The notes: a model not told the origin generated them from the letters alone. A stretch of 64,000 nt of DNA from Bacillota bacterium (GCA_023410025.1 JAEYQM010000023.1:5-64004), one strand, 5' to 3'. Shown: positions 28,436 to 39,458, numbered from the stretch's first letter. Numbers and translations are program-made.

Positions 28436-30691
28436 ATGAAGATAATAGGGCTAAGCAAAATTTACAAAACTATCTATGAAGATGTAAGCGCTTTGCATAA
28501 TATTAACTTAGTTTTACCAGACAAAGGATTAGTTTTTATTGTTGGAGTAAGTGGTAGTGGTAAAACAACGCTAATGAATATGTTATCAGGGGTTGACCGT
28601 CCAACTAATGGTGATGTAATTATAGGTAAAAGAAGTTTATACAACATTCCTAAAAAACAATCTAAAAACCAAATGTATGGATATAGAAACTCATATGTTG
28701 GATTAGTTTTTCAAGACTACAATTTAATTGAAGATTTGAATGTGTATGAAAATATTAAACTTCCTTATGAGTTATTAGGTAAAACTGATTTTTCTCGAGT
28801 TGATGAAGTAATTAAACAAGTTGACATCGAAGACATTAAGTACTCAAGAGTAAATGAAATATCTTCTGGTCAAATGCAAAGAGTAGCTATCGCTCGTGCT
28901 CTAATTAAAGACTCTTCAATGATTTTAGCCGATGAGCCTACAGGTAACCTTGACTCAAAAAACGAAAAAATTGTTTTAGATTTATTGAAAGAAATTAGTA
29001 AAGATCGTCTAGTAGTTGTAATTACCCATGGAGCTGAAGCAGCAGTTGAATATGGTGACCGTATCATCGAAATTGAAGATGGTCAAATAATATCAGATAC
29101 AAATCCAATTACTGAAGCAAATGATAAAACTCCAAAATTTATTGAACCAAAAATAACTTTTTCACAACAAGCATTATTTACAAAAGGTTTCATCAAAAGT
29201 AATTTAAGTAGAAGCTTATCAATTTTACTTGTTTTATTACTAATACCTTTAATTGGGGGAATATTATCTACATATGTATTTTATAATGTAGCTGTAGGAT
29301 ATAAGAAACACCAACAAAAATATAATAGTGATTATGTGGTTATTAGCCAACCAGTAGATATATTTGATTTGTATTATACACCAGAACAAATAGATGAATT
29401 AAAACAAAAATATTCTGGTAGTAAATTAACACATCTATATGATGTAAATATTCCAGTTACAAAAAGTAATGTTGAAGAAGATAGTTTCTATAAAAAAGAA
29501 ATTAATAATTTATTAATATACAATGATTCATTTAAACTTGAAGGCATTGAACCTGAATATGAAAATGAAATAGTAATAACAGATTATGTTAGAGACTCAA
29601 TTATATTATATCAAGGTATTGAAGAACCTGAATATCTAATGATTGATGGATTTAAATATGATATAGTTGGTGTTATAGATACTGATTATGAAGATTTTTT
29701 AACAAATGACTATACAAATAATATATATTTGAAAATGGCATTTAATGAAAACTTAAAAGTTTATAATTCTATTTTTACATCATTCTTAGGATATTTAAGA
29801 ATTATGGATAATTTAAAAATGTTTAGAGAAACAGTTAGATATACAGTTCATAATAGCAATACCGCACCACAAAAAAAATATGATGAAGTAGTATTTCGTG
29901 ATTCTACAAGCACTTCTTACAACTTAATTCATGGTAAATATAGTGCTACTGGTGGTTATGGACTGGTTTCATCAGCAATGTTAGAAAAATTGGGATTTAC
30001 ATATGCCCAAATAACTTCAAATTCAGCAAGAGCTATTATGTATACATATACAAAATCAAAATATAGTATTGCCGTAAGAATTTCTGGTGTATACGAAAGT
30101 GATGAACTAGGATTTATTATAAATACTAGTGATATGCAAAACTATGTATTTAAACATTCATATAGTAGAGTACTTATTCAAATTAATGATAAAAACTATA
30201 ATAAGATTGTAAATAAAGAAAATGTAATAAACGAATCATTTGAGTATGCAAATCAAATGCGTAATAATGCAAAAGATTCAAGAATAGTAATGGCTGAAAT
30301 ATTAATTGTTTTTATTTTAATAACATTAATATTCTCAAACATTATTAACTCAATAACTATTAATACAGAAAAGAAGAAAATAGGTATTAAATATTCATTT
30401 GGTCTTAGAAAATCATCTGTAGTAATGCCATATATTATGGAAATATTACTATATACTGTATTAAGTTTTGTAGTAACATCTGTGCTTATTAAATGGGCAT
30501 TCCCATTCCTAATGGATAAATTGGTTTATACAAATTTATATGATTCAATGGTATTTGATTTTTACTATGTATCATGGGGAACTATAGTTGGATGGAATTT
30601 TGCAATTTATGCAATTATTCTAGTTAGTCTAGGAATTATGATCTTCAATATCATCAAAAAGAATCCAATTGAAATCATTAAGGATCTATAA
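28436..30691 (+). CDS. ABC transporter, fused ATPase/FtsX-type permease (MacB-like), paralogue 1
   Basis: N-terminal NBD (GVSGSGKTT, LSSGQMQRVAIARAL, MILADEPTGNLD). TM1, about 350-aa extracytoplasmic domain, then a C-terminal 3-TM FtsX-like bundle. Start at the ATG 9 nt after AGGAGGT. Confidence 0.8.
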   Translation: MKIIGLSKIYKTIYEDVSALHNINLVLPDKGLVFIVGVSGSGKTTLMNMLSGVDRPTNGDVIIGKRSLYNIPKKQSKNQMYGYRNSYVGLVFQDYNLIEDLNVYENIKLPYELLGKTDFSRVDEVIKQVDIEDIKYSRVNEISSGQMQRVAIARALIKDSSMILADEPTGNLDSKNEKIVLDLLKEISKDRLVVVITHGAEAAVEYGDRIIEIEDGQIISDTNPITEANDKTPKFIEPKITFSQQALFTKGFIKSNLSRSLSILLVLLLIPLIGGILSTYVFYNVAVGYKKHQQKYNSDYVVISQPVDIFDLYYTPEQIDELKQKYSGSKLTHLYDVNIPVTKSNVEEDSFYKKEINNLLIYNDSFKLEGIEPEYENEIVITDYVRDSIILYQGIEEPEYLMIDGFKYDIVGVIDTDYEDFLTNDYTNNIYLKMAFNENLKVYNSIFTSFLGYLRIMDNLKMFRETVRYTVHNSNTAPQKKYDEVVFRDSTSTSYNLIHGKYSATGGYGLVSSAMLEKLGFTYAQITSNSARAIMYTYTKSKYSIAVRISGVYESDELGFIINTSDMQNYVFKHSYSRVLIQINDKNYNKIVNKENVINESFEYANQMRNNAKDSRIVMAEILIVFILITLIFSNIINSITINTEKKKIGIKYSFGLRKSSVVMPYIMEILLYTVLSFVVTSVLIKWAFPFLMDKLVYTNLYDSMVFDFYYVSWGTIVGWNFAIYAIILVSLGIMIFNIIKKNPIEIIKDL

Positions 30692-30723
30692 GAATGAAGC
30701 AAATTAGGAAGGGTGTGAATTAA

Positions 30724-33402
30724 GTGCTAACCATTAGTCATTTAACAAAATACTATACAAGAAGCAAACCAATCATATCTGATATGAATTTAAAGTTTGG
30801 ATCAGCTGGTCTAAATATAATTGTTGGTAAAAGTGGTTGTGGAAAAACAACTTTACTTAATATGATTGGAACAATGGATCAAGATTACATTGGAAGTATC
30901 GAACTAGATGGTGTTGAATTATCAAGACTATCAATAGATAAAATTGCTGATTACAGAAATTATGAAAGTGCCTATATATTCCAACAAAATTCTCTATTTG
31001 AACACATGACAGTTAGAGAAAATATTGAACTAGTTTTAAACCTTCAATCTAAAAAAGTAAATATTGAAGAAGTACTAGATACAGTCGGATTGTCTCGATT
31101 TGCAAATAAAAAAGTAAAATACTTATCTGGTGGGGAAAGACAAAGAGTAGGAATAGCAAGAGCAATTGCTAAAGACTCAAAAGTAATATTAGCTGATGAA
31201 CCTACTTCAGCCCTAGATAGTAAAAATGCTCATAAAATTCTATCTTTATTTAAAGAAATTAGTAAAGAAAAATTAGTTATAGTTGTAACACATGATACAA
31301 AGAAGGCTTTTCAATATGCTGATAGAATTATCAAGTTAGTTGATGGAAGAGTTGTTGAAGATGATATAATAAATGATGTTCAAGCTGAACCAATTAAAAT
31401 TAAGAAAAAAGCGCCTAAAAGTAAACTTTTATTGCCTATTTTCTTATACCAACTAAGAAAAAGTTTATTAATTAATCTTTTTGTAGTTCTACTATGCTCA
31501 CTTGCAATAGTTGCAACTAATATTCAAAAAGAACAAAGCAAAATATTAAAAGAATATAATGATTTTAAAGAAACAGGTTCATATGTATTCAATGATTTAA
31601 AGGCACTAACAATTCATGAAGCAAATCAAATAGATTTCTATAATGTTGTTCGAGCTAATGAAGATGATACAATTTATAAATATTTTGAAACTGTATCTAA
31701 ACGTAATGAAGGTTTAACTGATCAAGAAATTAGTACTGTCAATAAAATATTTAAAGATGCTAATATTCATTATGGTGATTCCAATTATGGTAATGTCATA
31801 ATTGAAGATCTTTCAGTTTCATTAAGATTTAATCAATCAATTGGAGGAATCCAATATTATTGGAGAGAAAATCAAAGAACTGATTACGGTTATTATGTTT
31901 ATAATGAAAACAATGATTATAATTTAATTTATGGAACTAAACCAACGAACGAAAATGAAATGTTGATAACTGATGTTGTAGCTGACCATTTCTTAAATAA
32001 AAATGGATTTGGTGAATATAGTATGAGTTCACTTATTGGAACAGAATTTGTAGTAGGAGATATCTATTATATTAGTCCAAACCCAGCAGAATCAAATTAC
32101 TTATATCATCATACAACTCCAAAAACATATACTGTATCAGGAATTATTGGAACAAATCAATTAGATTTTTATGATTATGAAATAACGACAAATAAATATC
32201 AATTTATTAATGGATTAGGACAAAAAACAAAAAATGATGACTATTTAAATCACACAGTCACTACACCATATGCTTATATTGTTGTGCCAAATTATTTAGA
32301 TGCCTATAAAACATATAAATTCTATGAAGAAGATATAAATGTTTTAAATGCAATGTACACAACAAATAATACAACTAATAAAAAATTAAGAACATTCCAT
32401 GGCTTATATGACTATCGTGGATTTATTGGTTATGATGATGATTTAGGTACTGATAAAAATGGTCGTCTATTAATTAAAGATAGTGGAATTACTAAATTAA
32501 CAGGCAATAAAGTTATTGCATCTCAAGAGTTAATTAGAAAAATATTTCCAAGTTATACAACTGAAACATTAATAAAAAATAATTATAGCAGTGAAATTAG
32601 TGGAAAACAATTTACTATGACATTTGAAACAGAAAAAGGAAGTGTTGATTATACATTTACAATTGCTGGTGTTTCAAAAGTACATTCAAATGAACCATTA
32701 ATGTTTATAAGTGAAGAATTCTATGACTTATATAAGTCTGAAAACTTTATATATGATAATAATTCAGTTACAGTAGAATTAAGTGGATTAAATGCAAGAG
32801 AAAGAATTAAACTTATTCAAGAAGCTTATAAAAAAGGATTTGTTTTAGTACCTCAATATTCTGTTCCTGGACCATACATGGAATTTGTGGAAACACAAGG
32901 AGAAATTGTACTAGTCGATGATGAAGGATATGAAGAAGAAACAAATATCTCAGTATATTACTTATTTTCAGATTTTTATAATACTGAACAAATGAATGGT
33001 ATTAACTATACATTAGAAATTCTTTCGAGTGTTTATATGTTTATCTTATTTATGGCTATTTCACTTTCATTAGGACTAATTTATTTAAAAGAAAGACGTC
33101 AAAAGATGAATATCATGAAATTATCACAGATTGGAGTATATACTAAATCAATGATAAGAATGAATTTCATAAGTTATATCATTGTTGCCTTAGCAATAGG
33201 AACAGCATCATATTTCTTAACTGATCTATTAATTAATATTATTAATTCAATCTTCACAGTGAAGATTGATATAGCTAGAATCTATCGCTTTAGAGTTATA
33301 ATGACAAATACAACTTTAATTTCAGCAATAGTAGGTCTAGTAATTGCTTTAATAATTGGATTATTAAGTTCAATTATTGTTGTTAAAAAAAGCAGAAGAT
33401 AA
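30724..33402 (+). CDS. ABC transporter, fused ATPase/FtsX-type permease (MacB-like), paralogue 2
   Basis: GTG start after AGGAAGGGTG. NBD motifs GKSGCGKTT, LSGGERQRVGIARAI, VILADEPTSALD. TM1, about 500-aa extracytoplasmic domain, C-terminal 3-TM FtsX-like region. Confidence 0.8.
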   Translation: MLTISHLTKYYTRSKPIISDMNLKFGSAGLNIIVGKSGCGKTTLLNMIGTMDQDYIGSIELDGVELSRLSIDKIADYRNYESAYIFQQNSLFEHMTVRENIELVLNLQSKKVNIEEVLDTVGLSRFANKKVKYLSGGERQRVGIARAIAKDSKVILADEPTSALDSKNAHKILSLFKEISKEKLVIVVTHDTKKAFQYADRIIKLVDGRVVEDDIINDVQAEPIKIKKKAPKSKLLLPIFLYQLRKSLLINLFVVLLCSLAIVATNIQKEQSKILKEYNDFKETGSYVFNDLKALTIHEANQIDFYNVVRANEDDTIYKYFETVSKRNEGLTDQEISTVNKIFKDANIHYGDSNYGNVIIEDLSVSLRFNQSIGGIQYYWRENQRTDYGYYVYNENNDYNLIYGTKPTNENEMLITDVVADHFLNKNGFGEYSMSSLIGTEFVVGDIYYISPNPAESNYLYHHTTPKTYTVSGIIGTNQLDFYDYEITTNKYQFINGLGQKTKNDDYLNHTVTTPYAYIVVPNYLDAYKTYKFYEEDINVLNAMYTTNNTTNKKLRTFHGLYDYRGFIGYDDDLGTDKNGRLLIKDSGITKLTGNKVIASQELIRKIFPSYTTETLIKNNYSSEISGKQFTMTFETEKGSVDYTFTIAGVSKVHSNEPLMFISEEFYDLYKSENFIYDNNSVTVELSGLNARERIKLIQEAYKKGFVLVPQYSVPGPYMEFVETQGEIVLVDDEGYEEETNISVYYLFSDFYNTEQMNGINYTLEILSSVYMFILFMAISLSLGLIYLKERRQKMNIMKLSQIGVYTKSMIRMNFISYIIVALAIGTASYFLTDLLINIINSIFTVKIDIARIYRFRVIMTNTTLISAIVGLVIALIIGLLSSIIVVKKSRR

Positions 33403-33407
33403 TTAAA

Positions 33408-33440
33408 AAAATGCTCATCAATTTTATGATGAGTTTTTTT
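33408..33440 (+). terminator. rho-independent terminator after the ABC pair
   Basis: Stem ctcatca / tgatgag (loop attttat) followed by TTTTTTT. Confidence 0.8.
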
Positions 33441-33529
33441 ATACATAACAATTAAAATAAATTTATATTACGTGTTTTTCCTTTATTTTTATCTTAAAAT
33501 TTGATATAATATTTATATAGAGGTGTAGT

Positions 33530-34762
33530 ATGGCATTAATTGAAAAAGATAAAGATATTTTTGATTTAATCGATCAAGAGAAAGATAGACAATATAATCA
33601 TATAGAATTAATTGCTTCAGAAAACTTTGTATCTAAAGAAGTTCTTGAAGCCCAAGGAAGTATATTAACAAATAAATACGCAGAAGGTTATCCTAATAAG
33701 AGATATTATGGTGGATGCGAATATGTTGATAAAATTGAAAATTTAGCAATTGAAAGAGTTAAAAAATTATTTAATGTTAAGTATGCAAATGTTCAACCTC
33801 ATTCAGGAAGTCAAGCAAATATGGCAGCATATCGTGCTGTGTTAAAACATGGAGATCGTGTTTTAGGAATGAGTTTAAGCAATGGTGGCCATTTAACTCA
33901 TGGACTATCAATTAACTTTTCTGGTATAGATTATGAATTCTCTTCATATGGTTTAAATAAGGATGAAGTATTAGATTATGATGAAATAGAAAAAATTGCC
34001 CTTGAATATAAGCCACGATTAATCGTTGCTGGTGCAAGTGCATACTCTAGATCAATTGATTTTAAAAGATTTAGAGAAATTGCTGATAAAGTAAATGCAT
34101 TATTAATGGTAGATATGGCTCACATTGCTGGACTTGTTGCAGCAGGAGTACACGAGTCACCTATTCCCTATGCTGATATCGTCACTTCAACAACTCATAA
34201 AACGCTAAGGGGTCCAAGAGGTGGAATTATTCTAACAAATAATAGTGAAATTGCTGAAAAAATTAATAAAACAATTTTCCCTGGAATTCAAGGCGGACCC
34301 TTAATGCATATTATAGCCGCAAAAGCCGTTTGTTTTAAAGAAGCGATGACTGAAGAATTTAAGGAATATCAAAAACAAGTAATCAAAAATTGTAAGGCAC
34401 TTTCAAATCGTTTAAAAGAATTAGGTTATAGAATTGTAAGTGGTGGTACTGATAATCATCTATTATTAGTTGATGTATTTGTAAAGAATATAACAGGAAA
34501 GTTTGCTGAGGAATTATTAGGTAGAGTAAATATTACATGTAATAAAAATACAATTCCTAATGATACTCAAAAACCTTTTGTTACTAGTGGATTACGTCTA
34601 GGTACTGCAGCTATGACTACTAGGGGATTTAAAGAAAAAGAAATGATTTATGTTGCCGATTTAATTCATGAAGCAATATTAAATAAAGATAATCAAGAAG
34701 AACTTGAAGTAATAAAAAACAAGGTAATTGAATTAACAAATAAGTATCCTTTAGAGTACTAA
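33530..34762 (+). CDS. glyA: serine hydroxymethyltransferase
   Basis: Near-full-length SHMT similarity, including the PLP-lysine block [12 protein letters not shown]. Extended -10 TGaTATAAT and RBS AGAGGTG upstream. Confidence 0.95.
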   Translation: MALIEKDKDIFDLIDQEKDRQYNHIELIASENFVSKEVLEAQGSILTNKYAEGYPNKRYYGGCEYVDKIENLAIERVKKLFNVKYANVQPHSGSQANMAAYRAVLKHGDRVLGMSLSNGGHLTHGLSINFSGIDYEFSSYGLNKDEVLDYDEIEKIALEYKPRLIVAGASAYSRSIDFKRFREIADKVNALLMVDMAHIAGLVAAGVHESPIPYADIVTSTTHKTLRGPRGGIILTNNSEIAEKINKTIFPGIQGGPLMHIIAAKAVCFKEAMTEEFKEYQKQVIKNCKALSNRLKELGYRIVSGGTDNHLLLVDVFVKNITGKFAEELLGRVNITCNKNTIPNDTQKPFVTSGLRLGTAAMTTRGFKEKEMIYVADLIHEAILNKDNQEELEVIKNKVIELTNKYPLEY

Positions 34763-34820
34763 GAAAATACATTTACATTTGTCTTCTTTTGAGTATAATA
34801 TTAGATAATAGGTGTGTGAA

Positions 34821-35540
34821 ATGGAAACTTTAAAAATTGATTGCAACAAAACAAAAATGATTGCCCATCGGGGGTTAAGTGGATTAGAAAGAGAAAATAC
34901 TATAGCAAGTTTTATTGCTGCTGGTAATAAAAGTTATTATGGTATGGAATGTGATATTCACAAAACAAAAGATGGTGTTTTTGTTGTTATCCATGATGAT
35001 GATACAAGAAGAGTTTCTAATATTAATTTAGTAATTAAAGATTCAACGTATGAAGAACTAAGTAAAATAAACCTATATGATGTTGATACAAAAGAAACAA
35101 AAAATTATTTAAAGATTCCAACATTAGAAGAATATCTAAACATTTGTAAGAAATATGAAAAAGTAGCTATAGTTGAATTTAAAAACCGATTTGAACCAGA
35201 AGATATTGAAAAAGTAATTAGTATTATTAATAATAAAAATTACTTAAACTATACAACATTTATTTCTTTTTATGTTGAAAATTTATTACATGTAAGAAAA
35301 GTTAGTAGTTTTGTAAAAATACAACTATTATGTTCGGAATTTACAGATGAAATATTTGATCTATGTTGCAAATATCATTTTGATTTAGATATTCATCATG
35401 GTTCAGTAACACCAGAATTAGTAAGCAAATTACATTTATATAATATAAAAATAAACTGTTGGACAGTTAATAACCCCATAATTGCTTTAATGTTAATAAG
35501 TTGGGGAATTGACTATATGACAACAGATATATTGGAGTAA
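34821..35540 (+). CDS. glycerophosphodiester phosphodiesterase family protein
   Basis: GP-PDE catalytic blocks MIAHRGLSG...ENT and ECDIHKTKDGVFVVIHDDD. Start at the ATG 7 nt after AGGTG; the upstream GTG is also possible. Confidence 0.8.
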   Translation: METLKIDCNKTKMIAHRGLSGLERENTIASFIAAGNKSYYGMECDIHKTKDGVFVVIHDDDTRRVSNINLVIKDSTYEELSKINLYDVDTKETKNYLKIPTLEEYLNICKKYEKVAIVEFKNRFEPEDIEKVISIINNKNYLNYTTFISFYVENLLHVRKVSSFVKIQLLCSEFTDEIFDLCCKYHFDLDIHHGSVTPELVSKLHLYNIKINCWTVNNPIIALMLISWGIDYMTTDILE

Positions 35541-35542
35541 AG

Positions 35543-35728
35543 ATGAAAAAAATATTACCTATTATATCAATATTAATTGGGCTATTTTTCTTTGCCATTT
35601 GTTTTATCATTCCTACAAGGCTTGATAAAATTCCAGATTTTTATGCAGATTATGGTTTTATTATATCTGCTTATTTATCCCTTATTTTCTTTAGTATTGG
35701 TATGTTGAAACTTAAAAAACAAGGTTAG
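35543..35728 (+). CDS. small hydrophobic protein (61 aa, 2 TM), hypothetical
   Basis: RBS GGAG 6 nt upstream; followed by the terminator hairpin ggttagat/atctaacc at 35725-35750. Confidence 0.4.
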   Translation: MKKILPIISILIGLFFFAICFIIPTRLDKIPDFYADYGFIISAYLSLIFFSIGMLKLKKQG

Positions 35729-35750
35729 ATTTAATTCTAACCTTTTATTT
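35725..35750 (+). terminator. rho-independent terminator
   Basis: Stem ggttagat ttaa ttctaacc followed by TTTTATTTT. Confidence 0.7.
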
Positions 35751-35813
35751 TGTCTATCGCACGTTTCAACAATATTTTACGCCTGATTAATCTATAGTAA
35801 GTTGGGTGATAAA

Positions 35814-36581
35814 ATGAATAAATTATTAGGAATATGTATTTATAGAATTGATATGATAAGAGGGATAATTAATGCAATTAATTCTAACTTATGTAATATT
35901 AAAATTATTGGTTCAAAGAAAAAGATTATTGAAATATGTCATGTTAATAATGTTAATTATAAAGAACTAGATATAATTGATCTTGAAAACTATGTAGATG
36001 TCTCATTAAAAACAAATGAACTAATTGAAACAAAAGAAATTGATGGAATAATTTTTGGGGATTATCCAAAGGATTATATTAAAAACATAATTACAGTAGA
36101 AAATGAAGTATATATATTAGATTTAAAAGAAGCAAATCATTTATTATTTGTACCAAATTATCTAAAACATGATTTTATTGATTTTGAAGACAAAAGAAAA
36201 GCAATAGATTGTGGAAAAAAAATAATGATGGATTTAAATATCAATTACTATAATATAGGTATAGTATCATCTGATATTTATCCATCATTGAAAATCGAAA
36301 GAAATTTACTAAATAATTTTATAGAATTAAAAAAAGACAATATAGATATTATTAATATAAAACAAGTTTTTAAAGATGATTATAATATATTAATATTTAA
36401 CGATAGAAACTCTACAAATATATTTGTAGAGTCAATGTTAATACATAGGGAAAATAAATTTGCCCAGTTTATGAAAAGTAACAATTTATTTGCTATTGAT
36501 ACAAATAAAATGACACTTCAAGATTTGTTTTTTTCTTTGTTTTTACTCGATAAGATTACACTCTATGCCAAAGCTAGCTAA
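35814..36581 (+). CDS. divergent, shortened phosphate acetyl/butyryltransferase (PTA/PTB)-family-like protein
   Basis: Weak resemblance to PTA/PTB C-terminal blocks (NILIFNDRNSTNIFVESML resembles the PTA xxLIFPDLEAGNIxYK block). Start at the ATG after GGGTGA; the 3' end overlaps the convergent murA by about 39 nt. Confidence 0.35.
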   Translation: MNKLLGICIYRIDMIRGIINAINSNLCNIKIIGSKKKIIEICHVNNVNYKELDIIDLENYVDVSLKTNELIETKEIDGIIFGDYPKDYIKNIITVENEVYILDLKEANHLLFVPNYLKHDFIDFEDKRKAIDCGKKIMMDLNINYYNIGIVSSDIYPSLKIERNLLNNFIELKKDNIDIINIKQVFKDDYNILIFNDRNSTNIFVESMLIHRENKFAQFMKSNNLFAIDTNKMTLQDLFFSLFLLDKITLYAKAS

Positions 36582-37787
36582 TTTATCTACTGGATTTTCA
36601 TATCCTCTTAAGAAAACATCAATATTATCAATTGTAGAAGGTTCTTCACACATTGAAGCGGCAAGTACTAAAGATGCTCCAGCTCTTAAATCGTTTGCAT
36701 AAGTAGTAGCTGGTAAAATATTTTCAGTCTGACCAATAACAATTTCATCACCAATTAAATTAATATTACAATTCATTTTTCTAAGTTCACCAATATGCGC
36801 AATTCGATTATTAAATATTGTTTCTCTAATAGTACTTATGCCAGGAATGATAAGCCCTAAAACTGAAAGTGGTTGACCTAAGTCAGTAGGAAACCCAGGA
36901 TAAGGTCCAGTAACTATTTTAAATGGTGATAAATTAGTTTTCTTTTCTAGTTTAATTTGATTACCTCTTGTTGAAACTTTAAAACCAGAATTTCTAAGTA
37001 GACTAATTAATGATCTAATATTTTTAGGATTAGCATTATGAATAGTTACACCATTCCTAATTGCTCCTAGTATTAAATATGTTCCGGCTTCAATTCTATC
37101 TTCCATAACTTTATAGGTTGTTTTATTAAGTTTTGATACACCATTTATAATTATTTGTTTTGTACCAGCACCTCTAATATCTCCACCCATACTATTAATA
37201 AAATTAGCAACATCAACAATTTCTGGTTCTTTAGCACAATTGTTAATAATAGTACAACCTAATGTTTTAGTGGCTGCTAACATTAAATTAATAGTAGCCC
37301 CAACTGAAGGAAAGGCTAAGTCAATTAATGAAGGAATTAATTTTTTTCTCTTAAGATAAATTTTATCAGTTTTTAAATCAATATATGCCCCCATTTTACG
37401 AAATCCATTTAAATGAAAGTCAATAGGTCTATTACCTAATTTACATCCACCAGAAGAGGCAATTATTATTTTTTTCTTAAGGGGAAGCAAAGCTCCCATT
37501 AAATAATATGTTCCTCTCATTTTCCCAACCAGTGAATCACTAATGTTTGAACTAATCTTTCTGCTTTTCTTTATATAAAGGGTATTATTATTAAATGTCG
37601 TTTTAACTCCAATTTTATTTAGAATAGTAATTAAAGTTAGTACATCTGTTATATTAGGTATATTTTCTAAAACTACATCTTCATCGCATAATAGACTAGC
37701 ACAAATTATTGGTAAAGATGAATTTTTTGACCCGCTTATATTAACTTCGCCGGGTCTTTTTTCTTTAGATCTTATTTCTAATTTCAT
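36543..37787 (-). CDS. murA: UDP-N-acetylglucosamine 1-carboxyvinyltransferase
   Basis: EPSP-synthase fold; N-terminal KLEIRS...ISGSKNSSLPII matches the MurA consensus. Start at the ATG preceded by GAGGA (MKLEIRS). Confidence 0.9.
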   Translation of the reverse strand: MKLEIRSKEKRPGEVNISGSKNSSLPIICASLLCDEDVVLENIPNITDVLTLITILNKIGVKTTFNNNTLYIKKSRKISSNISDSLVGKMRGTYYLMGALLPLKKKIIIASSGGCKLGNRPIDFHLNGFRKMGAYIDLKTDKIYLKRKKLIPSLIDLAFPSVGATINLMLAATKTLGCTIINNCAKEPEIVDVANFINSMGGDIRGAGTKQIIINGVSKLNKTTYKVMEDRIEAGTYLILGAIRNGVTIHNANPKNIRSLISLLRNSGFKVSTRGNQIKLEKKTNLSPFKIVTGPYPGFPTDLGQPLSVLGLIIPGISTIRETIFNNRIAHIGELRKMNCNINLIGDEIVIGQTENILPATTYANDLRAGASLVLAASMCEEPSTIDNIDVFLRGYENPVDKLASFGIECNLIE

Positions 37788-38035
37788 ATTTTCTATCCTC
37801 ATTATAAAGGTATGAGTTTAAATATATATATATGTTAATAAAAAATATATTTTACTTTAATTAATTTATAAAGTATGATAATATATTGTTATATTAAATA
37901 TTAATTTTGATATTGCTTTAATATTATATATCAAGTATTTATATCAAAATAGGATAAATTATAGAATTAGAAAATGATGAAAGGAGATATAATATAAGTT
38001 AGGCTGTAAGCGAATTTTATATTATAAAACATGGT

Positions 38036-39418
38036 ATGAGATTTCGAATAGAAAAAGATGACCTAGGAGAAGGACAAGTTCCTGCAGAAGCTTATTATGG
38101 AATTCAAACATTAAGATCAAAAGAAAACTTTCAAATTGCAAAAAGACCAATTTCAAGACAAATGATAAAGGCCTTAGCAACGGTAAAGAAAGCAGCTATA
38201 AAAGCAAATTATGATGCTGGTTTTATAACTAAAGATGTTTGTAATGCAGTTGTTATGGCATGTGATGAAATTCTAAATGGACGTTTACATGGTCAATTTG
38301 TCACAGACTTAGTACAAGGTGGCGCTGGTACTAGTATGAATATGAATGCTAATGAAGTTATTGCTAATCGTGCCAATGAAATGTTAGGTAGTGAAAAAGG
38401 TAAATATGATAAAGTTCATCCGATTAATCATGTTAATTTTTGTCAATCAGCTAATGATGTAGTACCTACGGCTGGTAGAATTGCAACAATTAGATTAACA
38501 AAAAAATTGATTGCGGAAATGAAAAAATTATCTAATGCATATACAGAAATAGAAGAAAAGTATCGTGATGTAATTACGATTAGTAAGACACATTTATTAG
38601 ATAATGTACCGATCACATTTGGTCAAATATTCTCATCTATGGCTAGTAGCGTTGAAAGAGATATTAAAAAAATTGAAATAGCATTAAACTCATTACTTGA
38701 AATTAATATTGGTGGAACAGTAGTTGGTACAGGAATTAGTGCTGATGAAACATATAGTAAAAAAGTTGTTAAATACATTGCTCAATTTACAGGTGAAGAT
38801 TTTAAACAAGCTAAAAATATGGTTGATGCATCAAGACATATCGATGGGTTTGCATGGTTATCATCTGCTATTAAGACATTTGTTTTAAATATTAATAAAC
38901 ATGCAAATGACTTAAGATTGATGGAAGCTGTTTATAAAACAATTAGATTACCAAATGTTCAACCCGGTTCAACAATGAATCCTGGTAAAGTTAATCCAGT
39001 TATTCCAGAAATGGTAAATCAAGTTTGCTTCTATATTCAAGGAAATGATTTGACAATTTGCAACGCTGTAGCTGCAGGAGAAATGGAATTAAATGTTAAT
39101 TTACCAATTGTACTTGCTTGTTTATTTGAAAGTATTACATTTATTAGGAGAACAATTAGAACATATAGGGAAAAAGCACTTGAAGGATTAGTAGTTATAA
39201 ATAAAAATGCTAATTTTATAGAAAACAATTCTATTATTACAGCACTACTACCAGCTTTAGGTTATGAATTAAGTAGAGAAGTATCCAATAGAGCAAAAAA
39301 TGAAAATAAAAGTGTTATTGATATTGTATTGGAAATGAAACTTTTAACTAGAGAAAGAATAAATGAATTAATTACAAAAGATAATATTACTTCTCCAGGA
39401 ATTATTAAATTTGATTAA
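38036..39418 (+). CDS. aspA: aspartate ammonia-lyase / class II fumarate hydratase family enzyme (most likely aspartase)
   Basis: N-terminal RIEKDDLGEGQVPAEAYYGIQTLRS and the SS-loop signature GSTMNPGKVNP of the fumarase/aspartase superfamily; 460 aa. Confidence 0.85.
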   Translation: MRFRIEKDDLGEGQVPAEAYYGIQTLRSKENFQIAKRPISRQMIKALATVKKAAIKANYDAGFITKDVCNAVVMACDEILNGRLHGQFVTDLVQGGAGTSMNMNANEVIANRANEMLGSEKGKYDKVHPINHVNFCQSANDVVPTAGRIATIRLTKKLIAEMKKLSNAYTEIEEKYRDVITISKTHLLDNVPITFGQIFSSMASSVERDIKKIEIALNSLLEINIGGTVVGTGISADETYSKKVVKYIAQFTGEDFKQAKNMVDASRHIDGFAWLSSAIKTFVLNINKHANDLRLMEAVYKTIRLPNVQPGSTMNPGKVNPVIPEMVNQVCFYIQGNDLTICNAVAAGEMELNVNLPIVLACLFESITFIRRTIRTYREKALEGLVVINKNANFIENNSIITALLPALGYELSREVSNRAKNENKSVIDIVLEMKLLTRERINELITKDNITSPGIIKFD

Positions 39419-39425
39419 AATTAAA

Positions 39426-39458
39426 AAAACCATGATTTATAATCATGGTATTTTTTTA
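39426..39458. terminator. bidirectional terminator between aspA and the convergent peptidase
   Basis: Stem accatgatt / aatcatggt flanked by A7 and T7. Confidence 0.8.

Noticed and set aside
33403-33529. Possible T-box or riboswitch leader upstream of glyA
   Set aside because: The interval holds only the upstream terminator, an extended -10 and the RBS. It is too short and lacks T-box or specifier features.
37803-38035. 233-bp AT-rich interval between divergent murA and aspA searched for a riboswitch or small RNA
   Set aside because: Only simple TA repeats and promoter-like hexamers are visible. There is no conserved riboswitch core and no stable hairpin plus T-run.
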